DNA of 62,421 bases, filler included, from Polymyxa betae A26-41 (GCA_003693705.1; 6 parts of 6 records of this genome joined end to end with filler, not necessarily neighbours in it), one strand, 5' to 3'. Positions 22,918 through 36,363 are shown, counted from the first letter of the whole stretch. A program made the numbers and translations. Notes: generated by a model not told the origin, from the sequence alone.

Positions 22918-24933
22918 TAGTCTCCAAATCAATTCCTCGGCTGATTTCCTCGGTCCGTATTGTGGTGGGCTCTCGTGGTTTCAATTTTGCAACCATTCTG
23001 GATGACGGCGCTGATTACACCGCTGTCGGCAAGAATTCATGGACTCTCATATCTTCTGCCGAACCCGAGACTTGTCAAGTCATGCAATGTTTCAGTTTAG
23101 ACGACGGTTCCGTTCATAGTTCTTCTTTGAAGTTTCTCGCTGATATTGCCATTCACCCGACGGCTGGACCCGTAACGGTTCGTCGTCATTGGGTTCACGT
23201 TCTTGATGTCGACATGCCTGAAGTCCTCCTCGGGCGACCGCTTCTCCTCGTCTTAGGCATTGATGTGGATAGCATGGTCACCGCGCTTGGCGCTCAACAC
23301 CTTGACGTTGTTGATGAGCCCGATAATAATTTTGCTGTTTCAACTGTTGAATCAGCCAACTCGGATCATGCCGATCATGACGATGTTGCGCCATCATGAC
23401 TGTTGGAAGAGGACGTAGTCATCCTGGGTGCGTCTGATGACTCTGAATTAGACCAAGCTCTCAACCAGATCGTGCAAGAGACCGTAAAGCAAGGCGCCAC
23501 TTCCGACTTTGTCGAACGTCTTCGCTCATTAATTGCCGATTATCGCGATATTTTCAGGGTCAATCTTGGTCCAGATCCTCCTGTTGATATTCCCCCGTTT
23601 CTCATTGAATTGAAAGAGGATGCACGGCCGGAGCTGTGTCGACCTCGTCGCCAGCCCCCCTCTTTACTCTCAGTTTCTTACAGAGCACTTCCAGCAGCTA
23701 ATCAATTACGGTTTTGTCGTTCCAAACCCGGATTCCGCCTGGTCTTCTCCAGTCTTATTCGTTCCTAAACCCGGTCAGAATAGAACTCTACGTTCAGTTG
23801 TTGACCTGCGTTATCTCAATTCGCAGATCCGGCGAAGGGTGTACCCAATGCCCCATCTCCACGCTGTCGGTGAATTCCTTTCTAATTCGACGGTTCTCGA
23901 AACTTTGGATGCCTTCAAGGGATTTTGGCAGTTCCCTATTGGTGGTGCAATCGAATCTCAATCTATGCTGACTCCTCTCGGTATTGTTACGCCGCTTTGC
24001 CTACCTCAAGGCAATACCAACTCCGTCTTCGCTTTCCAGCAAGGCATGGAGACCATCTTTCGCCCTTCTCTCACACAGTCGCAACTCCTTATTTGGATCG
24101 ACGACTTATTGGCCCACGCCGCGTCCATTGAAGATCTTCTCGCCATTCTTCAGGTCATCTTCGAGTCATGCAAAGTTAGGAATCTCAAGCTGAACGCTCT
24201 GAGGTGCCGTCAATACTTAACTGAGGCAAAATACTGCGGGCGCCTGTATTCAGCCGGAACCGTTCGTCACGATCCCGCGCGTATCGAATCGCTCACCGTC
24301 ATGCCCTCCCCTTCAAATGCGGCCGATCTTATGCAGTTTTTGTGTGCCGCTACTTGGATCAGCAGTCATATCCCTGATTTTGAACGTCACGCTCGCCCAT
24401 TACGAGACCTGTTAGAGCACCTAATGCAAGGCCATGCCACGCGATCAAAGGCTGTCGCTCGCCGCATACCTGTTCTGGCAAGTACCTGGACTGACGCTCA
24501 TGATGCAGCTTTCAAGGATACGATCCACGCCATATCAAATTCTGCTACTCTCCATCACCCTCGTGAAGAGTACGATCGCTGCCTCTTCACAGACGCATCG
24601 TTGGATTCCTATTCCATTATCATCACTTAAGTCGACCCAGTGGAACTCTCGAAGCCGTTGCCTGAACAAAATCTTTTACCGCTCGCTTTGTTTAGTCGTA
24701 GCTTGCGTGGTTCTGCAGCCCGTTGGGCAATTCCGGAGAAAGAGACGTTCCCGATTATTGATGCCATCCAGAGGTTCGACTATCTTGTCATCTATGAGCG
24801 TAAGCTGCGTATTTTCACCGATCATCGTAACATGATGTTCATCTTTAATCCGGAGACTACGTCGGTGCCCCTTAAGCAACACACGCTCGACAAACTTTAT
24901 CGATGGTCTCTGAAGCTCAGCTCAGTGGATTAC

Positions 24934-25200
24934 TGTCATGAATCTGCGCTACTTTCTCCAACCAGGGTGCTCCTCAATCTGTCCCTTACCGGTTCGAGCC
25001 ACCAGCGTCGGCGGCCGGTTCCTGTAAATAGGGCAGAGAGGAAGGAGTGACCGACCCTCTGTGGTTCAGACGAAGACTAGTACCACCGCCGTTGACCAAG
25101 GCTGTTGATCCGTAAGTCTTCTGTGTACGTTAAGGATTCGGGCTAGTGACTGTGGTTGCCACTGCTACCCGACTGTCCGCCAATTTTCGCGATCTTCCCT
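24934..25200. mobile_element. probable further LTR start truncating the Gypsy RNase H
   Basis: Coding similarity ends at TGTCATG (24934) and the sequence runs to the contig end. Confidence 0.35.
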
Positions 25201-25953
25201 NNNNNNNNNNNNNNNNNNNNNNNNNNNNNNNNNNNNNNNNNNNNTTAATTAATTAANNNNNNNNNNNNNNNNNNNNNNNNNNNNNNNNNNNNNNNNNNNN
25301 ATCCCCCAGTGGCCTGACGTCTTCTCCCATATCTCAGTATGATGGTGACTGCGATCGACACCTTCCGTCAAGAAGTCGAGTCCGGTTGAACCATCCATCA
25401 TATTTTGCTGCTGATCCCGTCGATGTTGACTCTGTATTTCATCTATGTTTTTGTGATAAGTATTGACAAGATTCTGCTATTTATTTAACGTTATGGTTGC
25501 ACGTACTCGTAGTAGTGCTCGCGGTTCCGGTTATGGTCGTCGTCAATCTACGCTCGCCGAATTCGGTATGGCGATTCAGCGAAGACGTGCGCGCGGTCTG
25601 CGTCGAGTTCCTCCTTCTGTTCTTGTACGACTCCGTTAAATGTAAGTTGCTTCATTTCGTTATTGTTGTTGCAATTCCAACAACGTATGCTCGTCGGCGC
25701 AAGCGTCGTGTCAGTTTATAGTACTTGATATCCAGTGGAGGGCTTGTATATAGACCCAGCCAGAAGAACTCCAGTGGATATCTAAACATGGACTGCAGCC
25801 AATACTCTCCTGAGGAATTTGTTGGATATTGTCAACGAGACTGTAAAGAAGACTCTCAATTCTTGGCTTATGGATCAAGCTTTGATACAATTTTTGTTTT
25901 GTTTGAGGCCCAATCGGGACGCGCCAGTTTATTTGTCAATTGAAAATCACTGA

Positions 25954-26466
25954 TTAGAATGAAGACGTTTTAAAAATTTCGGTTACAAATTTCTTATGGA
26001 ACGGTCTGGTATTCCAATCATTATGATGCGCACCATTGAATCTACTAGATCCAACGAGAGGCATTCGTGTTAGGCACTCCCTGCATATGCGATTATTTTG
26101 CATAAACCTTCGAGCTGCATAAACAGCATCGCGATGATAAGCTGCTACCCAGATGCCCGCCTTAATGTCTGCAAGCGAATCACGAATTGGCAACAGATGT
26201 TGTGCGATTTCGTTCATATTTTCAAGATCATCCAGCCTATCAAACCATGAATCTGGTAGGTTAAACTCCTCCTTAAAATCAGCTTCATCATCGAGAACAC
26301 ATTCCTTGGCATATAACATAAGTTCAAATACAACAGGACGATCGTCATCCTCGTCTTTTTGTATCTGTTGATTACATAGCCACGACACGTATCGGGGATC
26401 TTGGCTCCATACTTCATTAATAGTGCTCTCGTTGTATTTCCCAAAGCTTAACCTGAAAGTTGTCAT
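25954..26466 (-). CDS. small hypothetical protein with FGKY (DUF3820/ExoX-C-like) motif and Cys/His C-terminal motif
   Basis: ATG at 26466. LSFGKYNESTINEVWSQDPRYVSWL and ICRECLTRMPLVGSSRFNGAHHNDWNTRPFHKK. Confidence 0.65.
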   Translation of the reverse strand: MTTFRLSFGKYNESTINEVWSQDPRYVSWLCNQQIQKDEDDDRPVVFELMLYAKECVLDDEADFKEEFNLPDSWFDRLDDLENMNEIAQHLLPIRDSLADIKAGIWVAAYHRDAVYAARRFMQNNRICRECLTRMPLVGSSRFNGAHHNDWNTRPFHKKFVTEIFKTSSF

Positions 26467-26499
26467 AGCGATCCTGCGATGTCTTGGTACACCGAATCT

Positions 26500-26850
26500 G
26501 AATTGTAGCGATGTGGCAAAGATTGCTCCACGGACTATCAAGACCGAAATCGTTAAAGTATTGGATTCAGGCCGCCCTTGTCGGCGCCGGAACCATCATG
26601 ATGGGATGTCGCGACCACAATAATTTTCTACGTAAGGTTGAGGAGATTAAAACAAAAGAGTTGCCCGGTCATGCTCAGGCCGTGAATGGATGGTCACGAG
26701 ATGTCTGTCTGGCATTCGCAGATCAATTTCTGACAGCATTTTCAAGCCAATGTCCAGGAAGGAAAGATTTATCGCATATCATACGATCCTGAATCGAAGG
26801 GGAAGATCCATATTGAAGAGAAGCCCTCCTGGACTGACCGATTCAATTTT
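26500..26850 (+). pseudogene. RAI1/DXO decapping exoribonuclease C-terminal fragment
   Basis: KSLKYWIQAALVGAGTIMMGCRDHNNFLRKVEEIKTKELP...W...CLAFADQFL matches the DXO pattern KLLKWWxQSFLxGVxxIxxGxRD. Confidence 0.65.
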
Positions 26851-27289
26851 GAAATGGAATAAACATCAGAACGAGAGATTATTTTCGCAATGAAATTTTA
26901 TTAATGTCGAAGATAACGGGAAACAGTTATTTTTAGCCGAACAATTACAAGTCGATCATCGCTGAATCTTTGCCGAACGTAGTGAAAGCGGAGCGGAGAT
27001 TCCAGGACCTGTTGCCGAACACACAAAATATGTTTCCATGTTAATGGTCAGTTGCAGTGTGTTGCATTCCTACAGCAAAGACGAATGAGCTGTATAGAAT
27101 TTCTAAGGCGTTTCGAACCACTTATTAGAAAGTCTCTTCGAACTTTGGGTGGAAAATACGGTCACCAACAGTTATATCAAACATCCATCAGTCAGGCGAT
27201 TTTGGGCCCTACCATTAAGCGTGAATGAATCAGGCGCGAAAAATGACAATTTTGGACGTATTGTACGGCTCAACAAGTTCTCATGACAG

Positions 27290-27476
27290 CAATGAGACTC
27301 GAGAGTGTTAATAAGGCGACCGTGATCACCCACAAATTTGTAAAGTTTCGATTCGGTCGAGTGTCCTCCAGCGCCGCTCTTGTGGATTCCAGAGATGTGA
27401 TTCCGGTCAAAGATTCGATGACCCATGACTTTCCAGCACCCATAACTCCATGAATAATGATGTTGAAGGTTTCCTG
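27290..27476 (-). pseudogene. P-loop GTPase fragment, frameshifted
   Basis: FNIIIHGVMGAGKSWVIESLTG (G1), then in another frame SGAGGHSTESKLYKF...RLINT (G2 and G3-like). Confidence 0.5.
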
Positions 27477-29663
27477 CTAAAAGAATCCATTGAAAATCCT
27501 GCTTCCAATATTGATATGGCCCAATATGTGTCGTGAGTCCGATATTAAATTTGTGAGCAGATAACCCAGGTGACATCTTCGGATTCCGATTGAGGAAATC
27601 GTTGGAGGTCGAAACGATTATCCAGAATGATGTGGTGCTCGTGTGATGTATCTGCACGGAGAGATATTTGAAGCTGAGGGCTATATTTAGTTCCACAAAA
27701 AGTATAGATGTGACATGTGTCGATTTAAGCAAATGGCTGCGAAGATGAACTCAATCTGCAAATTCATCTTGCAGTCCTCTACAAGATTGGAATAACGATG
27801 TCAAAACTGCTGTTCAGATCACAAATTTCAGGATAAACACGCAAGGACGGTGAGACCCTAAACCCTAACAAGATACATGTTGAAATTGTATGTAGAACGT
27901 AAGCTACCAAATTGTAAACACAGCAAGAATCAGCTAAAGCAATTTGAGACAAATAAAAGGAATTAGAAAGCGGAATCTTTAGTTCTGCACTTTATATTCG
28001 CAGTGAAGACGGCGCCCTACGCAGTCTCGTGGCCTCTGTTCTTTGTGTAACGCGGCACTGTAACTCAACTCCGCGCTCTTGGGCTCGACTCTTACTGCAG
28101 CCGACACCTCACTCTCACGATCCGCCGATACCGCCGTATCTACTCTCGGAAAGACAAACACTTTGTCCTTCGCCTGATCGCGGACCTAAACCCTAACCCA
28201 TTACAATCGGTCCTTCGGCCAGACCTTTTCAATTCGATCCTCCAGCGTGCATGAATGGCGCAGTAATTAAAGGGCGTTGTTAACAGGAGCCGTACTGGAA
28301 GATGAGTACAGAGGGGATCACCTCCAGATTGTTGTATAACGACAGAATGGAAGGCTTGGAAACCCAGCTGGTTGGGAGAATGAGGTTTTAGGGTTTCATA
28401 GCAAGCATGGTCACAGAAGTCAGATTAACAACAAGAAGGAGTTGATCAGAAAAGATCCAGAATATAGAGCGTCACCACATTCTTAACGATTATTACACAG
28501 ACCTCGGACCATCCAATAAGATCGCGATCTCCGAACCTTCAACAACGGATTAGTCCTTCATTGTAACAATTATGTTCTCATGAAGAATTGGACGAATGCG
28601 TGACTACTGGGTAACCATGTAATGTTACATTGGTCGTAATACTTTGACATTTCTATAATTGGCGGGTCCTATGGAACCTTATGATATTATCGGATTAGAG
28701 AGGGATGGCACTGTGCAGATGACAATTGTCCCATCTGTTCAGCTGTATTGCATTACCCATACTGGGATTGTTTCATCTGTAAACGTCGTCCAACTGCCAT
28801 ACTTCAGGGGCTCTCCCTCGTCCGAGCTTCTAGGATTTGCGTACTTTTGATCGGGGCTTATTTTATCCAGTAGTTCCAGATTGTTTGGTGAAGGACATCG
28901 CATTTTGGATTACTGAATAAACCCAAACAGCTCATTGAACGATAGTTTAACTGTTTAAGCACAGAACGTGTCTGTAGTAGCGTATGAAGCCATTAAGCAG
29001 ACCAGATGGATGGAGTCCGAAGGCACACAGGACATATAGTGATGATCACTCTATTGAAAGTCGGCAGACGACAGATTGTGGTCAAGCGGGATCGAACCAC
29101 ACTTTTACCTCCAATAAATTTATCAAAAAGGACACAAGAAACCGGGCAAAACGAAGGCTGCGCGATCGTCGCATATTAGAAGCACTTGCCTGCAGGACGT
29201 ACTACCGCTGCTGGTAAAAGCTGCGTTTGTCAGGACCGGCCTCTCGAGCTGGTTGCGCCCGGAGCGATCATTGGGGTTGATTGGCCGCAGTTTTTCGCAA
29301 CATCCTTCAATTTGAATTCGAAATTGTGCGCGCAAAAGATTTCAGCACGAGTGGGAAAAAATCTGAATTTGAGTATGAGTTTGATCTCCCTTTTTTGGCG
29401 GAGCCATTAGAGTTCGGGACATGTTTGAATACTGCCCGGGAGATTCCTTGTATGGTTATCTGCTGTAGAACCTCTCCTGTATACTGACAGTATGAGTGAG
29501 ATTCAAGAAAGTTTGCTACTCTAGGTATGACCTTAATATGTAAATAACTCGCAAAGAAGTGTGCTATTCTGTTGATTTTTAATGATTGGGGTACTTTCTT
29601 CCGTCGGTACTATAAAGAATGACCGTTCTGTATTCGCACTTTCTGGGTCGTGTCTGCCCAATC

Positions 29664-30115
29664 TTGAACATTTCTTTTTCAAATTATTCTTAAGTTTCGC
29701 ACTTTTCTGTGGCTTGTCTTTCCAATTCTTGAACATTTCTGTTTTTATTCAAAGGGTTCTTAGGTTTGGGCATTTCTGTGGCTTGTCTTTCCATCCAATA
29801 TTTGAACATTTCTTTCTTTATTCAAATGATTCTTAATTTTCTCGCATTTCTTTGGCTTGTCTTTCCAATATTTGAACATTTCTTCCTTTATTCAAATGAT
29901 TCTTAAGTTTCGCGTATTTCTTTGGCTTGTCTTTCCAATATTTGAACATTTCTTTCTTTATTTGAATGATTCTTAAGTTTCGCACTTTTCTGTGGCTTGT
30001 CTTTCCAATATTTGAACATTTCTTTCTTTATTCAAATGATTCTTAAGTTTCGCGTATTTCTTTGGCTTGTCTTTCCACTATTTGAACATTTCTTTTGTTA
30101 TTCAATGATTCTTTT
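29664..30115. repeat. 70-bp minisatellite, about 6.5 copies
   Basis: TTTGAACATT recurs at 29801, 29871, 29941, 30011 and 30081, with two more diverged copies upstream. Confidence 0.92.
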
Positions 30116-32692
30116 TGTCACCATAAGTTCAACAGTGGTTTAAGCGATCTTCTTATTATTGACAAGTCTGAAGGCGACCAGCTGCTTGTCGTTCAAGTCG
30201 TTGACGCTCCACCGAATGCCCGCGAGGCTTAGAACTCACAAAGAGGACCGGCTCGGCCGTTGGCGGTTGACGTTGTGAGGACCTAATCGCTATGTTGACT
30301 GTGTGGCGAGGCGACGACAGCACTCAGCGTCGTAACAGAATCGCTGCTGCTGAGTCCATCTCCATTCCCTTCAACTTTAACCACGGATTCGCCGGACTGC
30401 TTCCGATTATTATTCGGCGGCAATATTCCAACAAATTTGGCGATAAAAGGCCCACGATTGAAAACCCTCAGTCCCCGTTCGCTATACTGAATGAAGGGAT
30501 GTTTGTGACGAAGATTTTCAAGATTTTGAATAATTCTATGAGACGGCAGCGTCTATTTCCTCAGAACTTGAGGATCCCAATTCACGTTTTCATTTCAAAA
30601 ACTAGACATGCCGGCCGCTTCAATACCAATAGCACAAATTCTGGGCGTCGTCGTGCGGCTGCAAGAATAACAGAAACTCGGAGGAGATTATTGAGCATTT
30701 CCAGACGAGACCGATTGACTTCGATGCAAATCATGAAAGTCGGATCTATAGCTATGAATGTTTAATGGAGGCCGCGAGATCGTCAACTTCATCCAATCGT
30801 CGAGCTGCCGGAGGGCAATTCGGCTTTCCAGCAAGCCACCCGGCTCGATGATTTGAAAGAGCGCCAAACTGCCACTCCGATTGCAGAAGTGCTCTCACAT
30901 TCATCAGCCTACTCATCGACGGCTTCTCGAATTACCGATGTATCCTTTGTTTGATAGGGAGATCTTCCACAAAAGTGAACATAACAATATGGATGAAAGA
31001 ATTCGAATCGTTGGGTTTTGCTATACTCAATACTTCATCACTTCAAACGATTGTATTCGTTTCCACAAGAAGCATTAAAAGTGTTACCGGGATGCTTCAA
31101 ACTGATACATTCCTTCATAGTTATCATAACCTAGATATACGAGTATGGTCTCTTTCTTCTCCAGTTTGAAATCACTCCTGCATGTACCTATTAGCTCATA
31201 GTTCTGTTCATCCTTCGTCAGATTGACAAGGCAGGTTAACACCATATATACTGTTATCGTTGATAAAGGGAATTTATCAAGCTTCGCTGTTGCTCTACAT
31301 TGCTTTAGAATGATGTGCATGAAGGATGCANNNNNNNNNNNNNNNNNNNNNNNNNNNNNNNNNNNNNNNNNNNNTTAATTAATTAANNNNNNNNNNNNNN
31401 NNNNNNNNNNNNNNNNNNNNNNNNNNNNNNTCCTCTCTGTAACGTTAAACCTAAGTCCTACGAATCCCAAGGGTTCATGTCTTTGGAATTCAACAGGTTT
31501 ATCCTCATCCTCAATTGGTATCTGGGTCACCATCCCTGACGAGTGTTAGGGCTCATCAATATCGCATTCGGTAAGCTATATAATGTGAAATACCTTCCGG
31601 GCTCAACAAATTACCGTTGATTTCAGTTTCTTCCGGGGTTGATCTTGCAGTGGGACCACGGCCAACGTTACAGGTTTCTGCTGTAAACATCTATTAACTG
31701 GGACGATACATGTCAAAAATACAGTTCCGCTCTCTGGAGCATTGTTTTGTTCAACGAAAACTCGGCTGAAGGTTGATGCATGCCCATACGGCCACACATA
31801 CTGCTGCTGACTCCGGATTAAGTGGGCAATAAACATGACACGACACGAAGGCCTAATTTCATAATGTAACACGTCTAGCCTGGATTGGTATTGATTGGAG
31901 CCACCAGTCAAAAAAACCGATTTTGTGAAATTTCGGCCCCCACACAAAACCGTTGCCTTGGACATTGCTTGGAGATGATGGCATGACAATGAGCAATCTT
32001 TCCATATTGCTCTTTCACTACAGTCAGTGGACCTAGTAAAATTCTGTCTGTGCAAACAGATTGAGCGGGCTGCTGCAGCAATCTGGGCCTTCTATTCGTG
32101 ATGATATATTCTTCAGCGGAACTTAAAAGCAACGCTTTGGGAGAATCGGCCGACTTAATTATGGATTTGTTACTCATCTGAAGAATCTCGTCAATGTCCA
32201 TGACATCATCTAAGAAACAGTTAACAAATCGAAAAAAATCAGTTAATCCCAACTGCAATCACATGACATGGAACAATCGGCTTCGTGATCGGTTGTACTG
32301 GCAGTGCTATCATCCAGTGAATCATAACAATTAGATACAAGCCGGATGCCTTCATCCACGTTTTCTGATTGAAGAAAATTTTCGATACCTGACCATTCGA
32401 TCAGAAAAAAGGAAAGTTAGGACGGCGTATAGTATGCACGAAGGCAAAATCCATAAATATAATACCACAAGAATTCATGGAGCGGACAGCAGTCTCAGCA
32501 CCCCCATCAGTCCCGACATCAATACAGTCCTCCGATGTTCGATTGCATGCAACCTCTGCCTGATTGGAGTGACCGCTAAAGCTCGATTCATTGTTGCATG
32601 ATTCAGTCAACAGTGGAATTCCTAAGAAAAAATTTAAAAAAACAGTTTGGGCTGTTAAGTTATATTCCTCAGAACCTGTGTCCAGCAACATG

Positions 32693-34203
32693 TCATCGCG
32701 ATTTTTGGTTGTGATGACCATTCGACACTTTAAATGTCGTGTACCCTGTTGGAAAGCATGAAGGGTCGAATAATGTCATCTCCGTGTGACGCGGAGCCAC
32801 CGAAACGCCCCGGATACAATGTAGATAATCCATAAACCTGGCCTCAGCGTCCTTTCGCAATTTGAAAACAAAATCTTTTAAATTGGGCGCAGACGGCGGG
32901 AAGAGGCGATTCAGCCTGCCATTGTAACTTTCCAACGGATTATTGGTCCGGTTGGCCAGTGACTCATCGCTGTTTAACACTCGATGGATATTCCAGATGT
33001 CAGGTTTGTACTTCTTCATCCACGTATTATGAAAAGATTGCCAGAACTTATCCAGTTTGGCTTGATTATTTTCATCAATATCTAATCGTGATTGAACATT
33101 TATACTGTACTCCAATGCTGTTGATTTCTTCATGGGGAATCAGCTTTAAAACCTCCAGCATGTCCTTGCGCATTAGTTTGTCAACAACGTCTTCATCAAC
33201 TTTGAATTTGTTTTTAAGTTCTCGCGCAGCGCCTTTTTCCAGTGAAATAAACAACCAACGATAGATACATTGGAACCCATAATAGCTATAAAACTGGTCA
33301 CGATTAAGGCAAATGCAGTTCTTGCGTATCAACTGACCCTTAACTGCCCTGACTAGCGCAGATTCGAAGTCACAGTAAATATGCGTCGCACATATGGGAC
33401 ATCCAATAACAGCGTTGATGAGGTTGAAAGCAAACCTATACAAAAAGGCTGTCCGGGCAGACATTACTACGTAAAAACCTGGGAGATATAAGTCAGTAAC
33501 GTGATCGCGAACCATAAAAATCATCAGCTGTTGGAAAGGTTTGGGGACAATGCGAAACGTTCCGTCAACAAAAAGATGAATGTTGGGGTTTTTCAATAGC
33601 TTGTATAAGCATGGAATCCCCCATCCAGCAAGCCTATGCTGGGTCGTTCCCTCATAAACAGGAGTGTTGAACGCCAAGAAAGGCTCAGAATGATCAGATT
33701 TCAAAGCCAGCTCGTTTTCCTCAATATCCCGTAATTTATCTGCTTTCAATCCACCTTTCTTAATATAGTGAATTCCCGAAATAACTTCTGCTTTCTTTAA
33801 CATTCTGATGGGAACATCCTGATATTTTGAATTTATGGAACTTAAAATTTTTTGCGAGATTTCCCTTGCAGTCAGGTGTCGTTCTGAGTTTGCGATACGA
33901 TCAATCATTGATCTCATCTGAATTTTTGCGATCTGATCTCTCCAATGGGTTCCAAATTGTACCTCTTCCACAACATCTAAAAGCTGGTCCGCGTTATTTA
34001 GAATGCAGTTATGATCCCCCACAAAACAGCGTTTTTAGGGACCCATCACAATTGACAACAATACTGGCAGAGCAAGCCTGAGAGCGTTTCTGGGTCACAC
34101 GATATTTATGGCAACGGAAATATTTCAGACCGGTTGGCCCTGTCCGATTGTAAATATACGTATATCCACCCATATGGATGGCGGGGTTGGCAGCTTTCGT
34201 CAT
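32693..34203 (-). pseudogene. MULE transposase with N-terminal FLYWCH-like finger
   Basis: GGYTYIYNR...YFRC...CSAS...HNC, HLFVDGTFRIVPKPFQQL, IYCDFESAL and RTNNPLESYNGRLN over three frames. Confidence 0.85.
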
Positions 34204-34568
34204 GACGAGAAAACGGAATGGATACAGGATGAAGAGACTCCAGGACCCTAGACACCAATATCAAGAGCTGCAGAGCCCGTGGCGGAATTTTTATTGACAG
34301 TCGATTTAAATTTGGAAGGAGTGTCTGATTCTTCCGAATGCCGTTTCAAGAAAACGAATTTGCAGGTGTTATCTATATTGTGCTGTTGTTTGAACGCTTT
34401 CAAAGTACATGCAATCCGTGCCTTAAAAATACTTGAAAAATTCATAGCATGGATAATAAACAAATGCAACAGCGCCTGATAACAATGAAAGTAGTCAAGC
34501 CAGTGAAATCCAATCCAAAATTGAGAAATTCATTTAAAAAAACTATCTGCAAATTAGTTCATGGAAGC

Positions 34569-34757
34569 GGTAGGTTTTAGGGTTTGTAGGTCAATTTGTA
34601 GGTCAAAATCGTGAGGGTATGTCAATGTGTAGGACGCAGTAAAATGTCCGGAATGTAGGTAAAAATTAGGTCATTTTCAAGAAAGTAGGTCAATTTGTAG
34701 GTCAAAAAAACTGCGGACGGAGTTGGTCAATTGCTGTGCGTAGGTCAATCGTAGGTC
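34569..34757. repeat. GTAGGTCAA subterminal repeat cluster (probable MULE terminus)
   Basis: Many GTAGGT(C)AA copies upstream of the transposase, ending where the Gypsy protease fragment is cut. Confidence 0.65.
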
Positions 34758-35022
34758 ATTTTAAATCCTCCCGTACTGGCTCTGTTAGCTCTTGTAACGT
34801 AATACTCGGATCATTCCGGAAAACCTCATCTGCGACACTGTGTGGTATAAGAGACACCCCTCTAGCGCCACTATCCAGGACTGCAGGAAAATAAAGACTA
34901 TTATTTATCCTCACTAACACTGATTCGCTATCCTCACTAGCTACAATGTGGCAAACCCAAGTATAGTTGGAAGGCTTCTTGGCTAGCATTCTTTTTCAAA
35001 TATTCGTAAACCTGCTGTTTAC
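34758..35022 (-). pseudogene. Gypsy-type protease fragment
   Basis: YFPAVLDSGARGVSLIP. Cut on both sides by other elements. Confidence 0.65.
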
Positions 35023-35135
35023 TGTGTAGTGAGGCTGTCTCACATTCAAGACAAATAGAACAACTGAGTCAATCGATGCTAATGATTGATCAGTGACATT
35101 GATCCATCGGAAGGTATCCGTGGAAAACCCTAACG
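35023..35135. mobile_element. LTR terminus, same family as 15083-15384
   Basis: TGTGTAGTGAGGCTGTCTCA is a 20-bp inverted match to 15365-15384. Confidence 0.6.
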
Positions 35136-35235
35136 NNNNNNNNNNNNNNNNNNNNNNNNNNNNNNNNNNNNNNNNNNNNTTAATTAATTAANNNNNNNNN
35201 NNNNNNNNNNNNNNNNNNNNNNNNNNNNNNNNNNN

Positions 35236-35907
35236 TCAAATTGAACTCCTTTTCCAGCACAAATTTTGAGCTAAGCCCGTGTGCGACTGTATGTCGCACA
35301 ACCCTTATATGTGCGACCCCCTCGATACTATGGAGAATACATTCAATACAATCAAACAGTTAATCTGTTTTTTATGAAATCGTATTCGGCGGAATCTTCC
35401 GCTACTTGGACATGTTACCTTTTTGAGTCTGAGATGTCTTCCCCTTCTTCCGCTAATGCTGATTTTTGGTGCAGCTCTGCTCGGCTGACATATCGATTCA
35501 GGAAAGTGTTCCCGTTCAAATAACACCAGAATCTGCGAGCAGGTCAATACACCATGCTCATTTAATTCAAGCATCCTTTTCTCGACATCTTCAGGAATAA
35601 ATCGATTTTGAGGTAGGGCTTCCAACTCGGCTTCGTTGAACAGCTCATGGTTGTGCTCATTGGATATCTCGTATATCCTGATTTTTTCGCTATTTCCGTC
35701 GCCGAGGCAACGCAATCGGATAAAGAACTGGCAGCCGCACTTCAAAGACTTTTTCGAACGCTGAATCTCTTCTGCAACCATTGAATCATTTTTCTCATGA
35801 AAACCTTTACGAAAGCAAAGGAAAGTCTGTTTCAGAGGGCACTTAGCAAAAGATACGCAATGCTGGCGGGCCTCATTCAAGGATTCAAATTCTCGGTCGA
35901 TTGTCAT
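35236..35907 (-). pseudogene. FAR1/MULE N-terminal DNA-binding domain fragment
   Basis: EFESLNEA...KSLKCGCQFFIRL...EISNEHNHEL. Confidence 0.7.
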
Positions 35908-36363
35908 GGACTCGACTTCACAAAAGTTTGGATAGTTTTGCTTCCATTCAATTGCAATTCGCCTTCTTTATTGACAAATATCGGCGTATAATCGTCTTCG
36001 ACTTCTTTGTGGAAATTATGCAGATTAGAGTTATCTCCATTGTCGGTGGGCTTTCGGGGTGGCCATGGACGCTCCTGTTCCAATGGAGTTGTGGGTGTAG
36101 GAGAAGTAGAAGCAGAGCAGCCGAGAGTGGTGCCTGAAACATGGGACTTACATCGACCCAGCCGGAGAAGTTTGCCCAGACCTGCGAGCATTTGTAGGCG
36201 CTACTACTGTTTAGATCGTAAGAGAAAGGTTGAGAGGGGGTCGCACACATAGCAGGGTCGTTTCAACATTTCGACTTTGATACCCCTCACGGAGAATCGA
36301 TTCTCCCGCATGATTTTCGACCACCGGAGATTCGATTCTTAACCTAACTTTGATACCCCCTAT

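Larger units (their letters stand above)
18882..24933 (+). mobile_element. second Ty3/Gypsy element (LTR/UTR, gag, PR, RT, RNase H), truncated
   Basis: Gag 19557-20714 with CFKCKGSHHVLKC. The frame resumes at 22920 (PVPL-VSKSIPRL...ILDDGAD). RT LDAFKGFWQ and IWIDDLL; RNase H LFTDAS and IFTDHRN. 5' boundary is approximate. Confidence 0.87.

Noticed and set aside
27856-28205. Telomere-like CCCTAAACCCTAA motifs flanking a possible solo LTR (similar motifs near 28385, 34573, 35125, 47795, 53444)
   Set aside because: At most two units each, and no TSD for any TG...CA pairing tried. Insufficient for a telomere or LTR call.
28206-28860. Degenerate retroelement protease on the minus strand (AILLDG...EVCVI)
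   Set aside because: Needs several frameshifts; too weak to list as a feature.
29664-30115. CRISPR-like array
   Set aside because: Whole units repeat with no unique spacers; no cas genes; eukaryotic context.
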